From contig CAWEPD010000006.1 of NCBI GenBank assembly GCA_963810875.1, forward strand, positions 260,078 to 324,077: DNA of 64,000 bases. The letters are read 5' to 3'. This stretch comes from an uncultured Gaiellaceae bacterium (lineage in GTDB: Bacteria; Actinomycetota; Thermoleophilia; Gaiellales; Gaiellaceae). Made by a program: the position numbers and the translations under genes. The notes beneath the pieces were generated by a model. The model made no database searches and had not been told where the DNA came from. It saw only the letters and a program-made list of their open reading frames with translations. Positions 26,528-36,401 of the stretch are shown here, piece by piece. Positions within the stretch are counted from its first letter, which is position 1. Every line of letters begins with the position of its first letter.

Positions 26528-27178
26528 ATGAAGGTCGACGAGCTCGCACCGGGTCTCTGGCGCTGGACCGCGCTCCACCCGGAGTGGCGGCCGAGCGACG
26601 CAGAGGACGGCGAGGGCTGGGGGCAGGAGGTCGGCTGCGTCTACCTCGAGGGTCTCGACGCGATCGTCCTGATCGACCCGCAGGTGCCGGAGGGCGAGGA
26701 GCGCGAGCGCTTCCTCGCACATCTCGATGCGGACGTCGAGCGCACGGGGAAGCCCGTTGCGATCGTCCTCACGGTCGCGGCGCACGAGCGCAGTGCACCC
26801 GAGCTCGCAGCGCGCTACGGCGCCGAGGTGTGGGCGCACGAAGCCGAGATCGAGCGCTACGGGGCCAACGCCGACCGGCCGTTCCCGGCGGGTGCGATCC
26901 TTCCGGGCGAGCTCGTGGCGATGGACGCGGCGTTCGAGATCGTGCTCTGGAGCCCGGCCCACGCGGCGCTCGTCGCCGGCGACATCCTGCTCGGCGCCGA
27001 GGGCGGCGGAGTTCGCGTCTGTCCGGATTCGTGGCTCGGGCCCTGGAGCCCGGCCGACGTCCGGGAGCAGCTGCGGCCGCTGCTCGACCTCCCGGTCGAG
27101 CGGATCCTCGTCGCGCACGGCGAGCCGGTGCTCGCAGACGGCCGCGCCGCGCTCGCCGCGGCACTCAGCGCAGACTGA
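26528..27178 (+). CDS. MBL-fold-like hypothetical protein with degenerate metal motif
   Basis: The 216-aa protein starts at ATG 26528 (MKVDELAPGLWRW). It reads LTVAAHERS where HxHxDH would be expected. It is divergent from the DUF2254 gene. Confidence 0.55.
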   Translation: MKVDELAPGLWRWTALHPEWRPSDAEDGEGWGQEVGCVYLEGLDAIVLIDPQVPEGEERERFLAHLDADVERTGKPVAIVLTVAAHERSAPELAARYGAEVWAHEAEIERYGANADRPFPAGAILPGELVAMDAAFEIVLWSPAHAALVAGDILLGAEGGGVRVCPDSWLGPWSPADVREQLRPLLDLPVERILVAHGEPVLADGRAALAAALSAD

Positions 27179-28124
27179 CGGCTTCGCCGGACTCGGCCGA
27201 GCGGTAGAGCGCCTCGATCACGCGGGCCTGTGCCAGCGCGTCCTCGCGTCCGAGCAGCGGGTCGGCCTCCCCGGCGATCGCTGCCGCGAGGTTCGCGAGC
27301 TCGAGCGTGTACGGATCGGCGCTCGGCACCTCGACGGGCTCGTCGTTCACGAGCACGCGGCCGCCCCAGTCCGAGCGCCACGGCGCCTCGAGCACGAGCG
27401 TCCCCCCGTCACCGACGGCCTCGAGCCGCTGTCGCTGCGGCGCTCTGAACGACGCGTCGAACTGGGCCACGACATCGCCTGGAAAGCGCAGCGTCCCGTG
27501 GAAGTCGACGTCGACTCCGCTCGTGCCGAGAACCTGCTCCCCGAAGACGCGCTCGGGCTCGCCCGCGAGCAGCCGCGCGCCGCTGATGCAGTAGCAGCCG
27601 ACGTCCATCAGCGCACCGCCGTCGAGGTCGGCGGCCATCCGGATGTTGCCGAGGTCGTGCAGCGCGAAGCTGAAGGTCGTCCGGATCTGGAAGAGCCGCC
27701 CGATCGCGCCCTCCTCGACGAGCGACCTCGCACGGGCCGCCTGCGGGTGATGGCGCCACATGAACGCCTCCATGACCACGAGCCCCGCGCGCTCGGCGGC
27801 CTCCCAGGCCTCCTCGGCCTCGGCTGCGCGCCGCGAATAGGGCTTCTCGACGAGGACGTGCTTGCCGGCCTCGATCGCCTTCAGCGTCCACTCGTGGTGG
27901 AGGCCGTTCGGCAGGGAGATGTAGACGGCGTCGATGCCCTCGTCGGCGAGCAGCGCCTCGTAGCTCCCGTGCGCGCGCTCGATCCCGTGGTCGCTCGCAT
28001 ACGCCCTGGCGCGGTCGCCGTCGCGGCTCGCCACCGCGGCGATCTCGACCTCGGGCGGCGCGCCTCGGAGCAGAGCGTCGTTGATCTTCGCCGTGGAGAG
28101 GAGCCCCAGCTTCATCGGCCTCAC
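27165..28124 (-). CDS. Gfo/Idh/MocA family oxidoreductase
   Basis: 319 aa with KLGLLSTAKI and the EKP motif GKHVLVEKP. The GTG start overlaps the upstream stop (GTGA). Confidence 0.85.
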   Translation of the reverse strand: MRPMKLGLLSTAKINDALLRGAPPEVEIAAVASRDGDRARAYASDHGIERAHGSYEALLADEGIDAVYISLPNGLHHEWTLKAIEAGKHVLVEKPYSRRAAEAEEAWEAAERAGLVVMEAFMWRHHPQAARARSLVEEGAIGRLFQIRTTFSFALHDLGNIRMAADLDGGALMDVGCYCISGARLLAGEPERVFGEQVLGTSGVDVDFHGTLRFPGDVVAQFDASFRAPQRQRLEAVGDGGTLVLEAPWRSDWGGRVLVNDEPVEVPSADPYTLELANLAAAIAGEADPLLGREDALAQARVIEALYRSAESGEAVSLR

Positions 28125-28546
28125 CGGGCCTTCAGACCCGCAGCGACGAGCGCCCGCCGCGCGATCGCGTCGTCGTCGATCCCGGCCAGGCCGCTGACTC
28201 CGACCGCCCCCACCCGCAGCTCGCCCTCGAAGGCCGCGACGCCGCCCAGGAAGAAGGTGAAGAACGGGTCGAAGCTCGCCAGCTCGGCCGCGTCCGAGCC
28301 GACCTTCTCCGCGAGCGCCCTGGTCGAGACGGCGTCGCTCCGCGCCGCGGTGTAGGCCTTGCGCTGCGCGTTCAGCCGCGTGTCCGGAGCGGCGCCGTCC
28401 ATCGTCGCCGCCGCAACGAGCTCGCCCTCAGCGGTCGCGACGAACACCGAGACAGGGCTCACTGCCTCTGCCGTCACCGCATCCACGATCGTCCGCGCCT
28501 GCTCCAGCCTCACGAGAGCCTCCAATGGTTGAAACTGCTCGCGCAA
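28121..28546 (-). CDS. GlcG/HbpS-like (DUF336) protein
   Basis: 141 aa with a C-terminal FFLGGVAAFEGELRVGAVGVSGL segment typical of the family. The start codon is TTG. Confidence 0.7.
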   Translation of the reverse strand: MREQFQPLEALVRLEQARTIVDAVTAEAVSPVSVFVATAEGELVAAATMDGAAPDTRLNAQRKAYTAARSDAVSTRALAEKVGSDAAELASFDPFFTFFLGGVAAFEGELRVGAVGVSGLAGIDDDAIARRALVAAGLKAR

Positions 28547-28562
28547 CCCTACGCCAGGAGCG

Positions 28563-29660
28563 GTGATGGACGAAATCGGGATCGGGATGCTCGGCTACGC
28601 ATTCATGGGCAAGGCCCACTCGCGCGCGTTCCGGACGATCGGGGCGCTCGAGAGCCCGCTGCGACCCCGGCTGGTCGCGGTCGCAGGACGCAACGAGGAG
28701 GCTGTTGCCTCGGTCGCCGCTCAGTACGGCTACGAGCGCTGGACGACCGACTGGCGCGACCTCGTGAGCGACCCGGCGATCGGGCTCTTCGACAACGGCG
28801 GGCCGAACTCGCTCCACGCCGAGCCCACGATCGCGGCGGCCGAGGCGGGCAAGCACGTGCTCTGCGAGAAGCCGCTCGGCCGCGACGCCGCCGAGAGCCA
28901 CGAGATCTGGCAGCGCGTCGAGGCCACCGGGGTCAAGCACCTGTGCGGCTTCAACTACCGCTTCGTGCCGGCCGTCCGGCTCGCCCGGGAGCTGATCGAG
29001 GCCGGAGAGCTCGGCGAGATCCGCCACTTCCGCGGCCGCTACCTCCAGGACTGGGGCGACGATCCGACCCTGGACACCTGGCGCTTCCAGCCTGACGAGG
29101 CGGGCTCTGGCGCGCTCGGCGACCTCGGCACCCACGTCGTCGATCTCGCCCGGTTCCTCGTCGGCGAGATCTCGACCGTCTCCGGCCTCGTCCGGACCTT
29201 CCTTCCCGGGCGGCGGGTCGACGACGCGCTCGAGGCCGCGGTCGAGTTCCAGGACGGCCCCGTGGGGACGATCGAGGCGACCAGGCTCGCACTCGGCCGG
29301 CGGAACGCGTTCCAGTGGGAGATCAACGGCTCCAAGGGCTCGCTCGCGTTCGACATGGAGCGGCTGAACGAGCTTCAGGTCTTCAGGGCCGACGGCGACC
29401 GGGCTCGCGGTTTCAAGACGGTGCTGGTCTCCGAGACCGACCATCCGTTCTGGGATCTCTGGTGGCCGCCGGGCCACATCATCGGCTGGGGCGACACCTT
29501 CACCCACGAGGCGCTCCATCTCCTCCGCGCGATCGCGGGCGAGACGGACGTCGCTCCGTACGGCGCCACGTTCGAGGACGGCTATCGCGCCGCCGAGGTG
29601 TGCGACGCGATCGTCAGCTCGAGCGAGAGCGGGAGCGTGATCACGGTCGCGTACCGCTGA
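28563..29660 (+). CDS. Gfo/Idh/MocA family oxidoreductase
   Basis: 365 aa with IGIGMLGYAFMGKAHS and GKHVLCEKP segments and a C-terminal oxidoreductase domain. Confidence 0.85.
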   Translation: MMDEIGIGMLGYAFMGKAHSRAFRTIGALESPLRPRLVAVAGRNEEAVASVAAQYGYERWTTDWRDLVSDPAIGLFDNGGPNSLHAEPTIAAAEAGKHVLCEKPLGRDAAESHEIWQRVEATGVKHLCGFNYRFVPAVRLARELIEAGELGEIRHFRGRYLQDWGDDPTLDTWRFQPDEAGSGALGDLGTHVVDLARFLVGEISTVSGLVRTFLPGRRVDDALEAAVEFQDGPVGTIEATRLALGRRNAFQWEINGSKGSLAFDMERLNELQVFRADGDRARGFKTVLVSETDHPFWDLWWPPGHIIGWGDTFTHEALHLLRAIAGETDVAPYGATFEDGYRAAEVCDAIVSSSESGSVITVAYR

Positions 29661-29663
29661 GCG

Positions 29664-30878
29664 TCAGCGTCCCGCCTTGCGCTGGCGCCTGCGGAGGATC
29701 GTGTCCAGGGTGACGGCGAAGAGGAGGATGCCGCCGGTCGTGATGAAGATCACGCCCTGGGTGAGGTTGAGGGTGTTGAGGCCGTTCGCGATCGTCGCGA
29801 TCACGAGCGCGCCGAAGAAGGCGTCGCGGACCTCGCCGCGGCCGCCGAAGAGGCTCGTGCCGCCGATCACCGCCGCCGCGATCGCGTCGATCAGGAGCGT
29901 CCCACCCCCCGCGTTCAGGTCGACGCTGTTCAGCCGCGCCGCGAGGACGACGCCGCCGAGCCCGGCCATCGCGCCCGAGATCATGAAGACGATGACCCGG
30001 ACGCGGGCAACGTTGATGCCCGCGCGACGCGCGGCCTCGGCGTTGCCGCCGACCGCGTAGACATGGCGCCCGAAGGTCGTCCGCTTGGCCACGAAGGTGA
30101 GGACGAGCAGGGACACGATCATCAGGACCAGGACGAACGGGACGCCGCGGTCCCGGTTGCTGACGATGACGACGGCGGCGGCCGCGGCGCTGACGGCGAT
30201 CGCTTTCGCAACGAGCAGCCACGGGTCGCGCACGGGCACGCCGAGACGCCGGTGCGAGAAGAAGATGCCGACGATGCTGGCCACGTAGACCCCGCACACG
30301 AGCGCGGCCAGGATCCAGCCGGCCCGGTTCGAGAAGAAGTAGTTGGCCATGTTGTTCACCGTCTCGTCCTGGATCACGATCACGCCCTCGGCCTCGATCG
30401 ACTTCTGGATCACCCCCTGCCAGATCTGGTAGCCGGCGAGCGTGACGACGAACGCCGGCACGCCGATGAAGGCGACGAACGAGCCCTGGAACGCCCCGAT
30501 CAGGGCGCAGACCGCCACGGCGAGGAGGATCGCGATGATCCCCGCCACCTCGTTGCCGTCCGGAATGGTCAGCTTGGCGACGACGACGCCGGCGATGCCG
30601 CTGATGTAGCTGATCGAAAGGTCGATCTCGCCGATCAGCAGCACGAAGACGACCCCGTAGGCGAGCAGGGTGACGCCGGCCATCTGCGTGATGATGTTGC
30701 TGAAGTTGCCGGGGCTGAGGAAGTTGTCGGCCTTGAACGAGAAGAAGATCGCGATCACGACCAGCCCGATCAGCACCGGCCAGCTGCCGAGATTGCCGCC
30801 GCGGATGTTGTCGCGGGCGCGCGCGACGAGGCTCTCCGGCGGCCCGCCGGGCGCGACCGCGGTGGCGTCGGTGCTCAT
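29664..30878 (-). CDS. sugar ABC transporter permease (CUT2, XylH/FrcC-like)
   Basis: The 404-aa multi-TM protein starts MSTDATAVAP. The ATG at 30878 overlaps the ATPase stop (ATGA). The upstream part of the track ORF is off-frame noise. Confidence 0.85.
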   Translation of the reverse strand: MSTDATAVAPGGPPESLVARARDNIRGGNLGSWPVLIGLVVIAIFFSFKADNFLSPGNFSNIITQMAGVTLLAYGVVFVLLIGEIDLSISYISGIAGVVVAKLTIPDGNEVAGIIAILLAVAVCALIGAFQGSFVAFIGVPAFVVTLAGYQIWQGVIQKSIEAEGVIVIQDETVNNMANYFFSNRAGWILAALVCGVYVASIVGIFFSHRRLGVPVRDPWLLVAKAIAVSAAAAAVVIVSNRDRGVPFVLVLMIVSLLVLTFVAKRTTFGRHVYAVGGNAEAARRAGINVARVRVIVFMISGAMAGLGGVVLAARLNSVDLNAGGGTLLIDAIAAAVIGGTSLFGGRGEVRDAFFGALVIATIANGLNTLNLTQGVIFITTGGILLFAVTLDTILRRRQRKAGR

Positions 30879-31720
30879 GCGTCCTCCGGAATAGGTGCGG
30901 TCGAGGGAATGCCCGACACCTTGGTCGGGACTCCGGCCGTGATCGCCTCGACGACCTCCTGCTGCGTCGTCTTGGCCCGCTCGTAGACGGCGATGCTGCG
31001 ACCGAGCCGGAGCACCGTGATCCGGTGCGCTACCGCGAAGATGTCGTGCAGGTTGTGCGAGATCAGCACGACGGCGAGCCCCTGCTCGGCCAGCCGCTCG
31101 ACGAGCTCGAGCACCTGCTGGGTCTGCGCGACGCCGAGTGCCGCCGTCGGCTCGTCGAGGATCACGAGGCGCGAGTTCCACATCACCGCGCGGGCGACCG
31201 CGACAGACTGCCGCTGGCCGCCGGAGAGCGTCGCCACGGGCTGCCGGATCGAGCGGATCGTCGTCACCGCGAGGCTCTTCATCGTCTCGGCCGTCTTCGC
31301 CTCCATGACCGGCTCCTTCAAGCGGTGGAACCAGTCCCGCGCCTCGCGGCCGAGATACATGTTCTGGACGACGTCGAGGTTGTCGCAGAGCGCGAGATCC
31401 TGGTAGACGACCTCGATCCCGAGCTTGGATGCGTCCTTCGGCGTGTGGATGTGCACCGTCTCGCCGTCGACGACGATCTCGCCCTCGTCCGGCGTGTGGA
31501 TGCCCGAGACGCACTTGATCAGGGTCGACTTGCCGGCCCCGTTGTCGCCGACGAGCGCCATCACCTCGCCCTGCCGGACCTCGAACTCGACCTCGGAGAG
31601 GGCCTGGACCGACCCGAAGCTCTTCGAGATCCCGCGGAGAGCGAGGAGAGGGGTCGGGGCCGAGGCGGTCGTCATGGCTGCAGAAGGAGGGTGGGGGCCC
31701 GTCTCAGGACGAGCCCCCAC
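30875..31720 (-). CDS. sugar ABC transporter ATP-binding protein (single NBD, FrcA-like)
   Basis: Walker A GDNGAGKST, signature LSGGQRQ and Walker B LVILDEPTAAL are present. The GTG at 31720 has an AGGAG 9 nt upstream. An alternative start is the ATG at 31675. Confidence 0.85.
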   Translation of the reverse strand: MGARPETGPHPPSAAMTTASAPTPLLALRGISKSFGSVQALSEVEFEVRQGEVMALVGDNGAGKSTLIKCVSGIHTPDEGEIVVDGETVHIHTPKDASKLGIEVVYQDLALCDNLDVVQNMYLGREARDWFHRLKEPVMEAKTAETMKSLAVTTIRSIRQPVATLSGGQRQSVAVARAVMWNSRLVILDEPTAALGVAQTQQVLELVERLAEQGLAVVLISHNLHDIFAVAHRITVLRLGRSIAVYERAKTTQQEVVEAITAGVPTKVSGIPSTAPIPEDA

Positions 31721-31732
31721 CCTAACGTGCTC

Positions 31733-32794
31733 CTACTTGCAGTACTTCGCGTACGTGCCGCGACAGACCTCAGACCGCTTCAGGTAACCGTTGAAGAGGA
31801 TCTTGTAGTTCGCCTTGTTGATCGACACGGGCGCGATGATGTACGCCGGCAGCCGCTTGCTGCCGTTCGCCACCGTGCCGGTCTGCCTGGGCTTCTGGCC
31901 CTTCAGCAGTGCGACGGCTGCGGCCGCCGTGATGCCCGCGCCGGCCCGCTGGTCCTTCCAGACCGTCATCGTCTGCCAGCCCGAGATGATGTTCTGGACG
32001 CCCTGCGCGGTGGCATCCTGGCCGCTCAGCGCGATCGGCTTCAGCTTCCGAGCCTTCAGAGCCACGATGACTGCGTTCGCGAGGCCGTCGTTGGCCGCCG
32101 CGACACCCTGGATGTTGTTGCCCGTCTTCACGAGCATCTGCTCGAAGATCGTCCCCGCCTTCTGGTTGTCCCAGCCTGGCGTGAACTGCTGCGGGCCCTT
32201 CTTGAGGGTGCCGTTCCTGTAGAGCGGATTCAGGACCGCCTCGTAGCCGCTCTTGAAGAGGAACGAGTTGTTGTCGGTCTGGCCACCGTGCAGCTCGGCC
32301 ACGACCGGCTTCTTCGTGTACAGGCCCTTCGCCTTCAGGCCCGCGACGACGCCCTTGCCCTGGAGCACGCCGACCGCCTTGCCATCCCAAGAGATGTAGA
32401 TCTCGGCGTTACCGCCGATCACCTGGCGGTCGTATTCGATCACCTTTGCATCGCGTGACCGTGCGGCGGCCTCGATCGCGATCGAGGAGCCCTTGTCGAG
32501 CGAGATCAGGATTACGACCTTCGCGCCGTTGGCGAGGCACTGATCGGCCTGCGTCTTCTGCTTCTGCGGATCGCCGTTGGCATTGGTGATGACGTACGAG
32601 ACCTTCGCCTTCTTGAATGCGGCAACGAACCCCGGCCGGTCCTGCGTCTCCCAGCGAACCGACGACTTCGGATCCGGGAGGAGCACACAGATATCGGCGG
32701 GCGCCGACGTCTTGCCCGACTTCGCGACCGCACCTGTGACGGCAACGCTCACCGTCAAGGTGGCGATCACGAGAGCGGCGATGAGCTTTTTCAC
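31733..32794 (-). CDS. sugar ABC transporter periplasmic binding protein (XylF/FrcB-like)
   Basis: 353 aa with signal peptide MKKLIAALVIATLTVSVAVTGAVA and a type-I periplasmic binding fold. GGAGGGATG precedes the GTG start. Confidence 0.85.
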   Translation of the reverse strand: MKKLIAALVIATLTVSVAVTGAVAKSGKTSAPADICVLLPDPKSSVRWETQDRPGFVAAFKKAKVSYVITNANGDPQKQKTQADQCLANGAKVVILISLDKGSSIAIEAAARSRDAKVIEYDRQVIGGNAEIYISWDGKAVGVLQGKGVVAGLKAKGLYTKKPVVAELHGGQTDNNSFLFKSGYEAVLNPLYRNGTLKKGPQQFTPGWDNQKAGTIFEQMLVKTGNNIQGVAAANDGLANAVIVALKARKLKPIALSGQDATAQGVQNIISGWQTMTVWKDQRAGAGITAAAAVALLKGQKPRQTGTVANGSKRLPAYIIAPVSINKANYKILFNGYLKRSEVCRGTYAKYCK

Positions 32795-32826
32795 GATCGC
32801 ATCCCTCCATCTATTGCTTTTTGGCT

Positions 32827-32852
32827 ATCGAGAACGTGCGGCGCATCGAGAA
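32827..32852 (-). promoter_or_regulatory. 8-nt direct repeat pair (TTCTCGAT x2, 18-nt start-to-start) in the transporter leader; possible operator
   Basis: The plus strand shows ATCGAGAA at 32827..32834 and again at 32845..32852, between the putative promoter and the binding-protein start. Confidence 0.3.
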
Positions 32853-32890
32853 ACCGGCGGCACGAGAGACCGGCCTACTGGGCCGGAGCC

Positions 32891-32919
32891 AAACTAAACG
32901 CGCCGCCCGCCGCCGTCAA
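32891..32919 (-). promoter_or_regulatory. sigma-70-like promoter candidate for the sugar ABC operon
   Basis: The minus strand reads TTGACG (32919..32914), a 17-nt spacer, then TAGTTT (32896..32891). It lies about 95 nt upstream of the GTG at 32794. Confidence 0.45.
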
Positions 32920-32969
32920 CTTGGCGCCCCTCGGCGGCGTCGGCTCGGCGGCGCCCCGGCTGCGACGGC

Positions 32970-35900
32970 TCAGCGGCGGGCGGAGCCCGCGAAGTAGCGC
33001 TGGGCGTGCTCCCAGGCACGCTTGCCGACGGTCGAGCCGACCCGGCGCCCGGCGTAGTCGTCCGCGGTCACGTGGATCCCGCCGTAGATGCGTGAGATGC
33101 CGGCCTGGTCGGCCGCGTCGAAGTAGGTCGCAGCCTGGAGGGTGACCGGTGCGCTCGGCCCCGGCTCGAGCAGCAGGTGTCCCGGGGCGAAGGTCTCCTC
33201 GAAGAGACCGCCGGGGAAGTAGGCGCTACCGGTGATGCGCGCCATGATCTCCGCCGCCGCGCGGCTGAACGTGCTGTGGCCGGAGACATAGCCGGGGAAG
33301 GCGGGGGTGACGAACGTCGGGCGCTGGTAGGTCGACCAGTTCACGCCGAGGTTCCAGCCGACACCGGCCTTCCCGCGCCAGGAGCGCACAGCGATCTCAC
33401 CAAGCGCTCCGGCGAACGCCGCGTGCCGCTGACCCGGTGCGCTCGAGGCCGCGGTCACGACCTCGATCAGACCGGGCACGAGCGGCAGCCCCTCCCGGTC
33501 GTACGAGGGCGAGGCCGGGTCGCTCGACTGCCCCTTCCCGGCGAGGTAGCGGATCATCGAGATCGGACGCACGCCGTTGTACTGGCGCTTGATCCCCCAC
33601 GCCGCGATCGCCGCGTCGTGCACGGCGCCGTTGAGCGCGAAGTAGAGCCGCACGTCCCACTTCAACCGAGCCGCCGCGCCGGCGCCGACGCGAGCGACGA
33701 GGAGCGGGGAGTCGGAGACGACGTTGGCGAGCACATTCCAGTGTCCGGGCGGGGTCTCTGAGCTGGGACCGTCCGCCCAGAATTCGGTGACCAGGCGCGC
33801 GAAGTCGGCGCGCCGGACGAGGTTCGGGGCATACGGCTTCCCGGTGGCCGGGTTGACCTCGTAGCCGTTGCCGCCATTCGAACCGAGCGGATTGTCGCCA
33901 CGTGCTCCAGGGCCGATGTCGATCGTCGTCCCGTCGTTCGCGTCGAGCTCGGCGCTCGCCCGAATCACCTCAACCGCCTCCTGCTTGTAGGAATCGGAGT
34001 CGGCCGTGCCGAACGGCGGCTTGCCAGGGTCGATCGGAATGCCCTTCGGCGAGCTCGGCAGCGCGAAGCCACGCACATGCCCCCAGTTCGCGCCGATGAA
34101 CGACTGGACCCGGCCGGGAACAGCGATGCCGTTCTGGGCGATGATCTGGTCGAGCGCCAGCGGCTGCCAGAAGACGGGGTCGTGCATGACCGCGCCCGAT
34201 TGGGCCACGACGAGCGGCTCGTTCACGGGCTGGTAGCTCGGATCCACGTACTTCTGTCGCTCGAGCGAGCCGTCGCGCAACCCGGCCTTGATCACGGTCG
34301 CTGCGATCCGGTTCCCGAGGGCGGCGGGAGCGCTTCCCCTGACGCTCGTGTAGGCGGGGCTGAGACAGAGCGAGGTCAGCGTGGCCGTCAGGGCCTCGAA
34401 CGTCGTCTGCAGGCCCGCGCCCTGGGCGTAGCGCCAGAGCAGAAGGCGGTACGCGGCGTAGCTGATCGCCGTCTCCCGCGCGGCCTGGACGTCCGCCGAG
34501 CGGTGCTTCTCCCGCACGAAGTACCCGTCGGCGCTCCCGTCGTAGGCGGCCCACGCGTCCCACATCGCGGCCGAGAGATGGAAGAGGTTCCGGGCATGAG
34601 TGGTCGGTGCGGGCACGTCGCGCCGAATCGCGTCGAGGACGGCCTCGTCCCAGATCCGCGCGACCGAGCGCCCTCGGAGATCGGGCACGCACCCGGTGAG
34701 CCGCCACGGCTCCTCGCGCACGGTGATCGCGCGGTTGGCGGAGATCCCTCCCAGGCGCGTCTCGCGGCCGCTCGGGAAGCGCACGATCAGCTCCGTCACC
34801 TTCGTCGCCGCTCCGAGGCCGAGATGGACGCGGGGATCCTCGGACGAGAGGTAGCTGCTCCCGGCCTGAACCTCGCGGACGAGGCGACGGCCGTCGGGCA
34901 GCACCGCCGTCACCCGCGCCCCCGGCTGGAAGCCGGCGAGCGACACCTCGAGCCAGTTGCCGCCCACGGCGGTGTTCCTCGAGCAGGATCAGCCGCCCGC
35001 CGACCGAGTTGATCGCCACGTCGAGCCGGCCGTCGTTGTCGTAGTCGGCGACGGCGAGGCCGCGGCCGAGCACCTGCGGGAGCCCGGCTGCGCCGGCGTT
35101 CGTGAACGCCCGCGGCGCCCCTTCGGCGGCGTGATTCTCGAGCAGCTGGATCGGCTGGGCGTTCCGGGCCAGGTTGGTGACGGGAACCGAGCCGTTCGCG
35201 AGGACGAGGTCGGGATCGCCGTCGAGGTCGAGGTCGGCCCACGAGGCCCCCCAGCCCGTGAAGGAGCGGCCGAACGCGGCGGCGAACCCCGACCGCCCGT
35301 TGGCGAAGGACGACCCGTTCCGCCCCGGCGGCAGGCCGTTCAGGACGGCGTGCTGCTGGCCGCGGGAGTTGCTGACGAAGAGATCGGCCAGCCCGTCCCC
35401 GTCGGCGTCGGCGTTCGCGACGCCCATGCCTGCGTTCGGATCGGCGGCGCCGGCGCCGCCGGCTCGCTCCTCGAAGCGGAAGCCGAGCCCGGCGGGGTCT
35501 GCCTTCGCGCCACCGGGCCAGGCGACGTTCTCGTAGAGCCGATTCGGATCCTCGTCGTTCGCGACGTAGAGGTCGAGCCGGCCGTCCCGGTCGAGGTCGG
35601 AGAAGACCGCTCCGAGGCTGTGGTCGAACCGGGCGGCTTCGAGGCCCGCCTCACGACCGACCTCGCGGAAGCGGCGGCCGCCCAGGTTGAGGTAGAGCAG
35701 GTCGCGCACGCCCGCGTGATTGCTCGGGAAGCCCGAGCTCGACCCTGCGATCGGAGCGTTCAGGTCGGTGTAGCCACCGACGAAGAGATCCGGACGCCCG
35801 TCCCCGTTGACGTCGCCGACCGCAGCCGAGCTTCGCCAGCCGCGAGCGTCGACGCGGGCCGCGGCCGCCCCCTCGCGGAACCGGCCGTTGCCCTCGTTCC

Positions 35901-36354
35901 AGAGCAGCGCGGTCCCGCCGGCCGCGGTGACGTAGAGATCGGAGTCGCCGTCGCGGTCGAGATCCGCAGCGACACAGCCCATCCCCCGCAGGGCGAGGTT
36001 CGCGCCCGACCGCCGGCTGACGTCGACGAACTTCCCCTTCACGTTCCTGAAGAGGGCGCTCCGGGGCAAGCCGCCGCGCCGCTGCCACCGTGGTGCGTCG
36101 CTCTCGGCGTAGGAGTTGACGACGAAGAGGTCGAGCCAGCCGTCGCGGTCGTAGTCGAGCCAGCAGAGGCCGCTGCCCATCATCGGCACGGGATCGGCGG
36201 AGATCCCGAAGCGAAATGCGCCGTGACGAAAGTCGAGCCCGCTTGCCTTCGTGACGTCGGCGAGCCGAATGCTCTTCGAAGCCGATCCCGCGCTCGCCAC
36301 GAAGACGGCGATCCCGGCGAGCACGGTCGCCGAGACGAGGAGGAGTCGCTTCAT
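32970..36354 (-). pseudogene. secreted FG-GAP/VCBS repeat + UnbV/ASPIC protein fused to a vanadium-haloperoxidase/PAP2-like domain; one frameshift as assembled
   Basis: Signal peptide MKRLLLVSATVLAGIAVFVASAGS, followed by repeated DxDGDGxxDL FG-GAP motifs. The ASPIC segment GGNWLEVSLAGF...GSSYLSSEDPRVHLGLG continues in another frame, with the break near 34977 (LILLE/NTAVGGNWL). The C-terminal domain carries KRQYNGVRP, VSGHST and SRIYGGIHVTADD motifs. Confidence 0.8.
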
Positions 36355-36401
36355 CCGGGCAAGGGTACCCAGCTTTTTGCCGCGGTCTCTAAGCTCCCGC
36401 G

